Of a stretch of 64,000 bases of DNA, positions 13,120 to 24,100 are shown piece after piece. Every line of letters begins with the position of its first letter. The stretch's first letter is position 1. The notes beneath the pieces were generated by a model. That model was given only the letters and a program-made list of their open reading frames with translations, searched no databases and was not told the origin of the DNA. Both the position numbers and the translations under genes were made by a program. Source of the DNA: Piromyces finnis finn (Eukaryota; Fungi; Neocallimastigomycota); the NCBI GenBank assembly GCA_002104945.1, contig MCFH01000011.1, positions 372,001 through 436,000 of the forward strand. The letters are read 5' to 3'.

Positions 13120-14029
13120 GTATAAAATAATACTATTTGGATACTGGAGTTTATTACAGTATAAATACATTTTAAAAAGTTAAAAAAATAACTATTAAAA
13201 AGTGAATAATTAAATACTTTTTTTTTTTTAGTTTAAGGATAAATTTTATTATCTATCAAATTATCATAAAACTAAACAAAAACAAAACAAAACAAAAACA
13301 AAGTGAAAAGCAAAAACAAAAGCAAAAACAAAAACAAAAACAAAAAAAATATATATATATACATATATACATAATAAACAAACAAATAACTTTTTTTTTT
13401 ATATTTAAGAATTTATTTAATAATAATTAATTTAGTTAATATATTTAAGGGAGAGGAAGTGAAAAATACAGTAGTCTAAAGAAAGAAATTATAAAATATA
13501 TTGCAAATATATTATAAATAAAATGAGAAAAATAAAGAGTGACATAAATTAATGAAATAAGTAATTGATATTTTTACATTATTATGATTATCTTTTTTTT
13601 TAAAAAAAGAAAGAAAATAATGTATAAGTATATTTAAAAAAAAAGTGATATACATATTTTAAACTTAATAATTATAACAATAGAATAATTTATTTTTTTT
13701 TTAAAAAAAAAAATTTCATTAATAAAAATCACTGTAATTTTCCATTTTCTTCATTTGTAATTTAAAGATATTATAGTTTTTTCTTTTTTATTTTTATTAA
13801 TACATTAATGTTTTTATAAGCAATTTAATATTTAATTTATATAATAAACGAAACGAAATCATTCATATAAAGATATCTAAAAAAAGAAAAAAAGAAAATT
13901 TACAAAAATATATTTTGCTATTATTTAGTATCTCATAAAAATAATAAAAAAGTAATAAAAAAAAAATTTTTTTTTTTTTTTAAATAAGTGTTACTATTTG
14001 AAATTACATTTTGAAATAATTATTAAAAG

Positions 14030-15350
14030 CGACCCAACTATTAGGTATCCAACAAAGCTTGGTCTAGGATTGTTCAGAAGCATGTTAACAAAGGAATACG
14101 ATGGGTTGCAGGAGTTCATAAAACTGTATCATTTATATCTCTCTCTATTTCAAAAGATTCGAATATTCCTCCATTGTCAGTCAAATGCGCATTAGCTCAA
14201 GTTAGATGTTTTAACAAGTGGTGGGAAAACTCAAATTGTATTATTTCATACCTTGTCAATTACATTCCTAAATTTAGAAAATATACATGGCGCAAATCAA
14301 GTAGGATTCTTAATAAAAAAATTAAAGAAGCATGGTGATGGTAAATCAATTAAAAACTTTTATTGGAAAGATCTCAAAGAAAATTCAATCAAAGCCCAAT
14401 ATTAAGATGATAATAAAATTATTGAAACTAAAGATTTTATCAAATTATGTTATGAGTATCCAGAGTTTGCCTATGATTTCTATTGGCTATTGAAGGCAAG
14501 AAGCAGATACAAATTGGATGTTAGAATTGCAAAAGCTGCTAAATTCATTGATCCAGTTTGTCTTAACCACTTTCTATGTTGCAAGAGTGATGATCAAAGT
14601 GTTAAATATTGATTATTAGATTGTCCAACTTTTAGAGATATCCGTATTAAACATTACAATTACATAGTCCAACTATTATTTTTTTTCATTCAACGTAACT
14701 CCAACAGTCTTATCAATAATAATGAAAATGTTAATATTAGCAGATAGCAATAGTGAAGATAATAATTAATAATTCTAATTTAAATAGTTATTTATTTAAT
14801 AATAGTAAAACATTTCTAATAATCCGGAGAATATTAATGTGTATGGTTATTCTAGTGTATGTAATAAAATATTTAAATTCCTTCTTGGGGGAAGAAGTTT
14901 TAACAATATCAATTCCCAATTCAAAGGAATGGACATAACTTTACAAGTGTCAGATTCAATCGGGCACTTACGAAGGAACACTATTTTTGACGGTAACAAC
15001 GGAACTTCTTCTAACCAAAATCATGTCTTTTGTTATTAGCCAGCAATGGTCAATGTTCAAAAGGTTTGAAGCAACAACCAAGAGCATCAATACTGAAGAA
15101 ACAGTAAGGTAGGCCAGCCCTGGCCAGCGTAACCAATGGAGATCATAATTTTATCCCATGAAAAAATTTTGATTTTTGACTCGGTATCTCATTGGAAGTC
15201 AAATACAATTATTATACTTTAGTATTATAGTGGTTTCCTTTAATTAAAATGACTCGAATACATTATACCTAATTTTTATTCATTTGTGTTTATTTAAACA
15301 TATTTTTTTTTTTTTTATTTTTATTTTTAATTTTGTTTTTAATTTTATTT
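14030..15350 (+). mobile_element. 5'-truncated, decayed non-LTR retrotransposon (LINE family 1, copy A): ORF2 C-terminus with Cys-rich zinc-finger region, 3' UTR and T-rich tail
   Basis: Translates with stops to GIRWVAGVHK...FYWLLKARS...CLNHFLCCKSDDQSVKY*LLDCPTFR. It aligns with 30980-32200 and, in reverse, with 35270-35600. Confidence 0.85.
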
Positions 15351-15789
15351 TTTATAATATGTATAAATTAATAATAAAGTTTAAAAATTCTTGATGCCGT
15401 TAAAAATATATATATATATATATGTATAGAAACTACAACAGATTACTTACTTTATTGGTATAAAGAAAGAGTAAATATTGAGTACTAATTCAATTTTAAG
15501 TTAGTCACATCATAGTCTCAATAATATTAGTCTATTGGTCATTTTATCCCATCCATTGAGGTATTTCTTTTTAAATAAAAATTCTTCCTAAATTGAAATA
15601 TAATTTTAAATTGAACATTTATTTTATTTTTATGTAATAATAAGTATTACATGTAATATTTTAAAAATCCATTTATATATTTTCTGGCTAAAATATTACC
15701 AGAGATCGGATTTCATTTGTCAAAAAAGTCTGGCTAAATCCTCCAAGAATCTAGAATAAATAAAAAAATTCTTACATTATTTTCCTTTT

Positions 15790-16088
15790 TTTTTTTTTTT
15801 TTTTTTATGAATGTATGTGAAATCACCAAATTGTAGAATTATAGTTATTAACCTCCAATTTAAAATAATACCTTTTTGACCATCTTTATTAGGAAGATAG
15901 TATACAACATAATATCTTTTTTTTTTTTTTTTTTTTTTTATAGTGATATATTCTTTTTAAATTTATATTTAATTTATTTTTTTAATTTTTATCTATTATA
16001 ATGCATTATATATAATAAAAACTTTTTTTTTTGCCAAAAGTTGCTTCTAAACAAAGTGTGTCACCTCCATTACATTCAAAAAGAGTTA

Positions 16089-16124
<36 letters not shown>

Positions 16125-16254
16125 TTGGTTTCCATTTATTATAGTTTAAATCATCATTATAATTTGTAACCAAATACTTATATTTTTTACTAGAAATCCA
16201 AAGAAGGAATAAACTAGTAATAAATATGAATAATGTACGATAAAAAAAAGTCAT
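15790..16254 (-). pseudogene. Decayed inverted paralogue of the small Cys-containing protein at 22271-22638
   Basis: LFECNGGDTLCLEATFGKK versus LFECSGGDTLCLEASSGKR. The DNA TATACTATCTTCCTAATAAAG.TGGTCAAAAAGG and CACATACATTCATAAAAAA is shared. The ORF starts with a hydrophobic segment and is disrupted by (TA)n and T-runs. Confidence 0.7.
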
Positions 16255-17420
16255 TGTTAGGATTTTTTAAGTGCATTTTATGAATTTCAATTCAATGAAA
16301 TTATCAATATAGAAATTTGTTGCTTATTTTCTTTTTTTTTTTTTTAATTGTAATAATTCATTCTCTAAAGAAAATATATTTTATTTTTATATTTTTATTC
16401 TAAATACGCCTTATGATTTTTCTATAACAAATTCTACTTATTTTTTATTTAACATATTTTATATAAAATAAAAAAAAAATAAATTAAAATAATTTATTTA
16501 CTTTTGAAAGCTTTTCTTAATAAATTGTTTTATATCTAAAATTCTGTAAAATATGTCTTTGTTGTTGAGATGATGAAAATGATATTTGTTTTTTACCTAT
16601 AATTTTATTATATATATATAATTATATAATTATATATATAATACTTATAATAGATAAAATTTAAAAAGAACATAAATGAATATGATATAGTAATTATAAT
16701 TAATCTAAGATAGCATTTTTATTTTAATTACAATATCGTGTAACAAAAAAGTAAAAATTCGTAATATTTAAGGTTAAATGATCCTCACCAATAGGAGGTT
16801 TTGTTTAAGATTAAAAGTTTTACAATTTATTTAGTAATAGTTAATGAGGCGTTGTAATAAATCACATGATAATAAAATACTATTGGCTATTTTTATGTAG
16901 AAGAAATTAAACTTAAAATAATATAAATTTTTATTAATAGCATTATTAATTATGGTTTAATATTTTTCTTTTTCTTTCTTTTTTTTTTTTTTAATATATA
17001 TTAAAATATCTATTCTGTTGTTTTATAACTTTTGCTAAAACAAGAAGCCTTTATAATAATAAATGTTATCACATTTATTTTGAGGCTTATTTAAATAACC
17101 AGTTATGACTAGAATTATAAGCCAAACACTTATATTTTTTACATTACATGTTCTTACATTTGTCATACATTTAAATTGCATCCTGTATATATAATTATTA
17201 TTATATTAAAACTAATGATACTATGTAGATTTAATATTAGGAAAAACTACTAATATAACAATATATTTTTATGTTGATAATTTTTATTACTTATATAATA
17301 AGATGATATAATAATCCAATTTTGTATTAGTAATAAAAAATAATAAATATATATATTAATTAATATTATTACCATCACTGTTTTTTCAAAGAAATAAAAA
17401 GAATAAATGAACATAAAATA

Positions 17421-17434
17421 CGGATTATAATCCG
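17421..17434. promoter_or_regulatory. Perfect palindrome CGGATTATAATCCG (CGG-N8-CCG), candidate regulatory site upstream of flavodoxin
   Basis: Rare GC-containing palindrome about 640 bp upstream of the flavodoxin ATG. It is mirrored at 21365-21378, and a variant (CGGATTATAAACCG) lies at 19451-19464. Confidence 0.3.
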
Positions 17435-18072
17435 CTAATGAAAATTAATTAAGATATTATTAAGATTTTTTTCTGAGTAATTATATATAATAATAGGTAA
17501 TTGTGTATAATTGTTATATACATAGAAAAAAGAAACCATTATTTTCATTCTTTAAAAAAGTTAAGCTATTTGTATAAGGAACATAAATGGAATATGTAAA
17601 TAAACTAAAGTAAACACCACACTAATTATTTAGAAACTTGTTTATTTATTCTTGTAATAGGTTTTCACTTTATTGTAATAAAAAAATAATAATAATAATA
17701 ATAATAGTAACAACAATAATAATAATGACAACAACAATAATAATAAAATATAATAATATTAAAAATAAAATGATCTTTACAAGTTTATCTTTTTATTAGT
17801 ATTATTTGCTTTTTTCTAATTTTGTTATTTTGGTGGAGTTTTAATAATAAAAAAAAATTTTTTTTAAAGTTTTTTTTTATATATTTAATGCATTTATAAA
17901 AATCATATTTTAATGATTCATTTAATTATATTTAAATATAATATATAATTATGTTAATAAATAAATATGAGAAAAAAGTATAAAAAGAGAAAAATTTCTT
18001 TTTAAAACTAAAAATAAATAGTTAAAAAAAAAAAAAAAAAGAATTTAATAACATTTATTTAAAGTAGTAATA

Positions 18073-18701
18073 ATGAGTTTAAAAAGTAGGAAAATAAATA
18101 AATTTATTTATTTATATATTTAACGTTTTTCACATATTAATTATTTATTATTAATTATTTATTATTAATTATATATTTTATATTGCATTTAGAATCAAAG
18201 TCTTTAATTGTTTTTTATAGTAAACCAGGAGAAAATTTTTGTATCGGAAATGTTGAAGATGGTAACACGAAAAGATTAGCTTGTATGATCCAAAAAGAAC
18301 TTCAATGTGATATGATAGAATTACTTCCAGTAGAATCATATCCAGAAGGTTTAGATGATTTTGTTGAATATGCTCTTAATCAAAAAGAAAAAAATGAAAG
18401 GCCAAAATATAAAAATAAAATTGATAGTATAGAAGATTATGATACTATTTTTTTCGCTCATCCAGTCTATCACAGCGATATCCCAATGATTATGCATACT
18501 TTTATAGATAACTTTTCTTCAGAATTCGAAGGTAAAATTGTCTATCCAGTTTGTACACATGAAGGTTCAGGTGGTAATATAACCTCAAATATTCTTAAGA
18601 GGAGATTAAAAAAATCTATAGTAAAGAAAGGATTTTCTGTCTATGGTCAAGATGTCGATTTATCTAAAAAGAAATTGCAGGACTGGCTAAAAAGTCTTTA
18701 A
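18073..18701 (+). CDS. Bacterial-type flavodoxin (Flavodoxin_4-like), copy 1; exons 18073-18085, 18193-18701
   Basis: LIVFYSKPGENFCIGNVEDGNTKRLA, IELLPVESYP, ERPKY, IEDYDTIFFAHPVY, PMIMHTFID and GKIVYPVCTHEGSG match the gut-Firmicutes/Bacteroidetes type (YFSRAGEN...GNT...ARP...YDEIYLGYP.YWG.MP...F...GK.I.PFCTHEGSG). A phase-1 intron (GTAGG 18086...AG 18192) gives the start MSLKKSKSLIVF. Confidence 0.9.
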
Positions 18702-19875
18702 ATATTTGTAGAAAATTATATTTAAAGAATGTTGTTATTTTTAGACTATTCACATTAATATTAATCAAAATCCAAAATTTCTATAATATACTATTTTACA
18801 GCAGAAATAGAAAATACCAAACAAATAATAATACTAGCTACTAATAATAGCGTTTGAATTATTTCCAAATTAATATAATTATATTGATTATTAAATATAT
18901 AAATAAATAATAAAATAAATATCATATTTATAATATTGTGTGTAATATTTTGTATTTTTTTAGTTATTAGTAATAATGTAAATAAATTATATTAACAATG
19001 GGAAAACGGAGGAAAGTCCACATATAGAGAATTAGATGGTTATTTAAAGTATATTTCATCATTTAGTATAAAGAAAAAGGTTGGAAATAGTGCTTGCTTA
19101 TTGAAATAAATTGTAAAATATATAATTATATTTTATATATTTATGAATTTATCTATTATAATGAAATTTTAAAAGATATACATGATAATATTATATATAT
19201 ATATATACAACATTTTTAAAATCTTTGTCATAAATATATATTATGTATTATTTAATAGCTATAATTAAATAAAAAGTTTTTTCAAATTATATTAACTAAT
19301 AATAAATTAGTAATTTTTATTAAAAATAAAATGATATCATTTCATTTTATATTATTACAATTAATTTATTATAATTAAAAATAGTATCGAATTATCTTAA
19401 TACAACAAATTATATATAATGGTTAAAAATGAATTTGAAATTCCACAAAACGGATTATAAACCGCTATGAAAATATTTGATTTGATATTATTATAGTTTA
19501 TACATATACATATTAATTATTTTTTTTTACAATTATTAGAATAAGATAGAAATGAGTTTAACCAATTATCAAAAAAAGAAAAAAAAAAAAAAAAACTTTC
19601 AACTTTTGGTAATTACTTGGGTCAGAAAAACAAAGTTAAAACAAATTTAATATAATAATTTAATAAGTTATATTTTTTTATAATTTCAGTCCATTATTAC
19701 AATATACTAAAATGAAGTATTACTTAAATGAGATAATCTCTAAAAAATGATATCCTTTCTTCATTTTTATTAAAATATTAATAAAATAAATCTAACTATA
19801 ATAATTAAATATGTTGTCATTTTCTTTATAATTATCCACACAATATTATCATTTAATATTTAAAAAAAGTTCATT

Positions 19876-21428
19876 ATATGATATTTATTTTATTATTTAT
19901 TTATATATTTAATAATCAATATAATTATATTAATTTAGAAATAATTCAAACGCTATTATTAGTAGCTAGTATTATTATTTGTTTGGTATTTTCTATTTCT
20001 GCTGTAAAATAGTATATTATAGAAATTTTGGATTTTGATTAATATTAATGTGAATAGTCTAAAAATAACAACATTCTTTAAATATAATTTTCTACAAATA
20101 TTTAAAGACTTTTTAGCCAGTCCTGCAATTTCTTTTTAGATAAATCGACATCTTGACCATAGACAGAAAATCCTTTCTTTACTATAGATTTTTTTAATCT
20201 CCTCTTAAGAATATTTGAGGTTATATTACCACCTGAACCTTCATGTGTACAAACTGGATAGACAATTTTACCTTCGAATTCTGAAGAAAAGTTATCTATA
20301 AAAGTATGCATAATCATTGGGATATCGCTGTGATAGACTGGATGAGCGAAAAAAATAGTATCATAATCTTCTATACTATCAATTTTATTTTTATATTTTG
20401 GCCTTTCATTTTTTTCTTTTTGATTAAGAGCATATTCAACAAAATCATCTAAACCTTCTGGATATGATTCTACTGGAAGTAATTCTATCATATCACATTG
20501 AAGTTCTTTTTGGATCATACAAGCTAATCTTTTCGTGTTACCATCTTCAACATTTCCGATACAAAAATTTTCTCCTGGTTTACTATAAAAAACAATTAAA
20601 GACTTTGATTCTAAATGCAATATAAAATATATAATTAATAATAAATAATTAATAATAAATAATTAATATGTGAAAAACGTTAAATATATAAATAAATAAA
20701 TTTATTTATTTTCCTACTTTTTAAACTCATTATTACTACTTTAAATAAATGTTATTAAATTCTTTTTTTTTTTTTTTTAACTATTTATTTTTAGTTTTAA
20801 AAAGAAATTTTTCTCTTTTTATACTTTTTTCTCATATTTATTTATTAACATAATTATATATTATATTTAAATATAATTAAATGAATCATTAAAATATGAT
20901 TTTTATAAATGCATTAAATATATAAAAAAAAACTTTAAAAAAAATTTTTTTTTATTATTAAAACTCCACCAAAATAACAAAATTAGAAAAAAGCAAATAA
21001 TACTAATAAAAAGATAAACTTGTAAAGATCATTTTATTTTTAATATTATTATATTTTATTATTATTGTTGTTGTCATTATTATTATTGTTGTTACTATTA
21101 TTATTATTATTATTTTTTTATTACAATAAAGTGAAAACCTATTACAAGAATAAATAAACAAGTTTCTAAATAATTAGTGTGGTGTTTACTTTAGTTTATT
21201 TACATATTCCATTTATGTTCCTTATACAAATAGCTTAACTTTTTTAAAGAATGAAAATAATGGTTTCTTTTTTCTATGTATATAACAATTATACACAATT
21301 ACCTATTATTATATATAATTACTCAGAAAAAAATCTTAATAATATCTTAATTAATTTTCATTAGCGGATTATAATCCGTATTTTATGTTCATTTATTCTT
21401 TTTATTTCTTTGAAAAAACAGTGATGGT
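19876..21428 (-). repeat. Right arm of ~1.55 kb near-perfect inverted repeat
   Basis: Reverse complement of 17371-18927, separated from it by a 948 bp spacer (18928-19875). Confidence 0.97.
20102..20730 (-). CDS. Bacterial-type flavodoxin, copy 2 (identical protein); exons 20730-20718, 20610-20102
   Basis: Same translation as 18073-18701, with the same intron. Confidence 0.9.
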
Positions 21429-22270
21429 TATTTTTATGCAGAAAAAATCTAACTTTAAATAATATATGTTTTAATAATAACTTTATTAATTATATTCCAA
21501 TATTTCCATTCTCTCTAAATACTAAAACGTCTATTCTGTCGTATTTAACTATTGAAAACAAGAAACTTTTTTAATAGTAATTATTCTCTAGAATGTATTT
21601 TTATACATTATAGAAATAATTAATATTATAATAAAAACTATATAAACTTAATATTAGGGAAAATTACTAATATAATAGTATGTTCAAGTCACATATTATT
21701 TTTATATCATAATATATATTAATATATTTATTATTTTTATTAATACTACAAAATTGGTTATTGATTATTGATTATACTTTTATATTAACATTTTGATGTT
21801 AAAAGAAAAAGCTTCTTATATTAATATTTATATTAAAATTTGTGGAGTGTCAAAAGTGTCTAATTAATCAGAACAAAAATGGCTCATTTCTTACTTATAA
21901 TATAGTTATTTTTTACTATTATTTATGTTCATATTTTACATATTTTATATTTATTAGAATAATTCAAATAATGGTTCCCTTAATTAACATTAATATATTA
22001 ATTTCTTTTTACATGTAGAAAAATGTAACATAATTGTAATGTAAATATAAAAGATATACTATATAAATATAATTAAAAAAAAAAAAAAACATAAATAATA
22101 TAAATAAATTATTAGATTAATATATATTGTTTAATTAAATAAATGAATTTATAAATTAAATTTTCACCAAAAGCTCCCATTGGTAGAACTTTTTTTCTTT
22201 TCTGTTACATTGTAATTAAAAAAAAAGATATAAAAAAAAAGTTAAATATTATTATTTCATTCTAATGTAG

Positions 22271-22638
22271 ACTTTATTTCAATATACCTTCCAGTTCTTT
22301 TTGAATGTAGTGGAGGTGACACACTTTGTTTAGAAGCTAGTTCTGGTAAGAGAAAAGGCACATATCATTCTGAAAAAGGAGTATATAGTGTATACTATCT
22401 TCCTAATAAAGTTGGTCAAAAAGGTGTTACCGTTGAATTAGGAGTTAATAACTATAATGGCGCAGTTTGTTCTAATGGTAACTTCACATACATTCATAAA
22501 AAAAAAGAAAATAATGTAAGAATTTTCTCATTTTCTTTAATTGATTCACGTAAAGTTAAATATGATTGTATTGGTCTCAATTCAAATACAACTCCAAATA
22601 CCTCTAATATATTTTATGTCTACTCAATTCGAGAATAA
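22271..22638 (+). CDS. Last exon of an unannotated small Cys-containing, beta-rich protein, probably secreted; first exon not resolved (~22140-22215)
   Basis: Not in the ORF track because it has no in-frame start. After acceptor TAG 22268-22270 it reads 121 codons: FISIYLPVLFECSGGDTLCLEASSGKRKGTYHSEKGVYSVYYLPNKVGQKGVTVELGVNNYNGAVCSNGNFTYIHKKKENNVRIFSFSLIDSRKVKYDCIGLNSNTTPNTSNIFYVYSIRE*. Composition is coding-like and an inverted paralogue lies at ~15.8-16.25 kb. Confidence 0.7.
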
Positions 22639-22779
22639 AAAACTATTTATCTTATTATATATAGCTTCAATTTTATATTTTGTTTCATATAAAATAATAA
22701 AAAACAAATAAAGCAAATAAAATAATATATTAAAATAAATAAATAAGTAGATAAGTAGGTAGACAATAAGAATAATTAA

Positions 22780-22990
22780 ATAACTAGTTAGAAAATAAAT
22801 AGAAAAATAAAATAAAAAATTAGAATAGTTAGAAAATAATCAAATAAAAGTAAAAGAAATAAATAAAATAAAAAAATAGAATAGTTAGAAAATAATCAAA
22901 TAAATAGAAAATAAATAAATAAAATAAAAAAATAGAATAGTTAGAAAATAATCAAATAAAAATAAAAAAAATAAAAAAAAAAAAATAAAG
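22780..22990. repeat. Degenerate A-rich minisatellite, ~55-60 bp unit
   Basis: AGAATAGTTAGAAAATAATCAAATAAA occurs three times plus a partial copy, separated by (A)nT runs. Confidence 0.8.
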
Positions 22991-23139
22991 TAAAAGTAAA
23001 TATTATTATATTTTCTTGTTAGTTTTTGTGTTTTATTAAAGGTATATATTAAAGTGTAAAATATAAAAGGATCCCTTTTTTATATAAAATCAATTAATTG
23101 ATTTTGATATATAATTTGTTCTATTTCCACTTTGTTATT

Positions 23140-24100
23140 TTAAGAGTTACTTATGAATTAACTTTCTAGCTGATAAAAATATAGAATTCCCCTAGTTTTA
23201 CAACAATAATGAAACAATGATACATTAAAGCAAAGCATCATTATAATCAATTGGAATAATAGTAGCCTAAATAATGGAAGTAAAGTCCTCAGATATACTA
23301 ACAACAAATTCCTTAATTCAAATCGCCTAATGTATATCGGTCTCAACAAACCTCACTTAAATTTAGGAATTACCTGGATTATTCGTATTCGATGCGGTTA
23401 TGAATACACTACCCGAATTGCTATTGCCAGTAATAGAGTTACCCCTGACTGTCCTCGTGTCTGTCCATGTTGTGGATATGACGAACAATCTTTTTACCAT
23501 TGGATATTAGAATGTTCTGCATTCTCTGAATACAGAACTTCTTCACTTAGCTTTCTTGATGATCTTTTTACCCTTTTTTCAATAAATATAAGAATCAATT
23601 CATCACATACTTACTCCCTGAAATGGAAGTAAGAAAAACAATTTATAACAATATTTTTACGTTCCTTCTTGGTGGAACTTTAGCTTATGATGAGCTACAA
23701 ATCGATAAGGCGGAACAAAGACATTTGAATAAATAGCTTTACAGTTCATCGGGGTCTCATGCTCCATATATAGAGGGTCTCGCGGATTTTCTTACTATAA
23801 CAATCCCTATCATTAGTAGCTATATGAAGCTACTTTTTGATAGGTTTAGTAAGACACCTAACGTAATCAAGAGCGCCGACGTCGTACCGATATAGCAAAG
23901 GAACATTCTCAGTGTTCCGTACACAGGGTTCAATGTCAGTATTTCTTCGAATGAAAACATTATGAACTCATGGGAGAGTTTAGTGGACACCACACTATCA
24001 TACCTGATGTTACTTCTTTTTTTTTATTTCATTTAATTTATTAGGTAGGGACCAATCCCACACAGTACAAATTGCAGAGTTCATTGAACTTTTATGCAAC
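23140..24100 (+). mobile_element. Decayed 3' fragment of a second LINE family (family 2)
   Basis: WIIRIRCGYEYTTRIAIASNRVTPDCPRVCPCCGYDEQSFYHWILECSAFSEYR is homologous to the family-1 ORF2 C-terminal zinc finger. It is followed by a GC-richer 3' UTR and TATTT-rich sequence. Confidence 0.8.

Larger units (their letters stand above)
17371..18927 (+). repeat. Left arm of ~1.55 kb near-perfect inverted repeat
   Basis: Reverse complement of 19876-21428. Differences seen were a few homopolymer length changes and a C/T at ~18866. Confidence 0.97.

Noticed and set aside
13998-15039. Short ORFs inside LINE copies (13998-14195, 14753-14938, 14839-15039, 23158-23349, 30775-30975, 31674-31957, 36775-36981) as independent genes
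   Set aside because: They are fragments or off-frame readings of decayed LINE sequence.
15093-15140. Hammerhead ribozyme (CTGAAGA core) in the LINE 3' UTR
   Set aside because: No stem II directly follows CUGANGA and there is no properly placed GAAA/stem III. The CTG instead pairs with the adjacent CAG as a simple hairpin.
18998-19110. Possible coding fragment in the palindrome spacer (WENGGKSTYRELDGYLK...)
   Set aside because: Only about 36 codons, with no start, splice context or recognisable homology.
17367-21432. Foldback/Mutator-type transposon with gene-carrying TIRs (TATT direct repeat at both ends)
   Set aside because: A 4 bp TATT match is expected by chance here, there is no 9 bp TSD or transposase, and diverged inverted homology continues beyond these ends.
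22780-22990. CRISPR-like repeat-spacer array
   Set aside because: Eukaryotic context, the spacers are A-rich variants of each other and there are no cas genes; it is a minisatellite.
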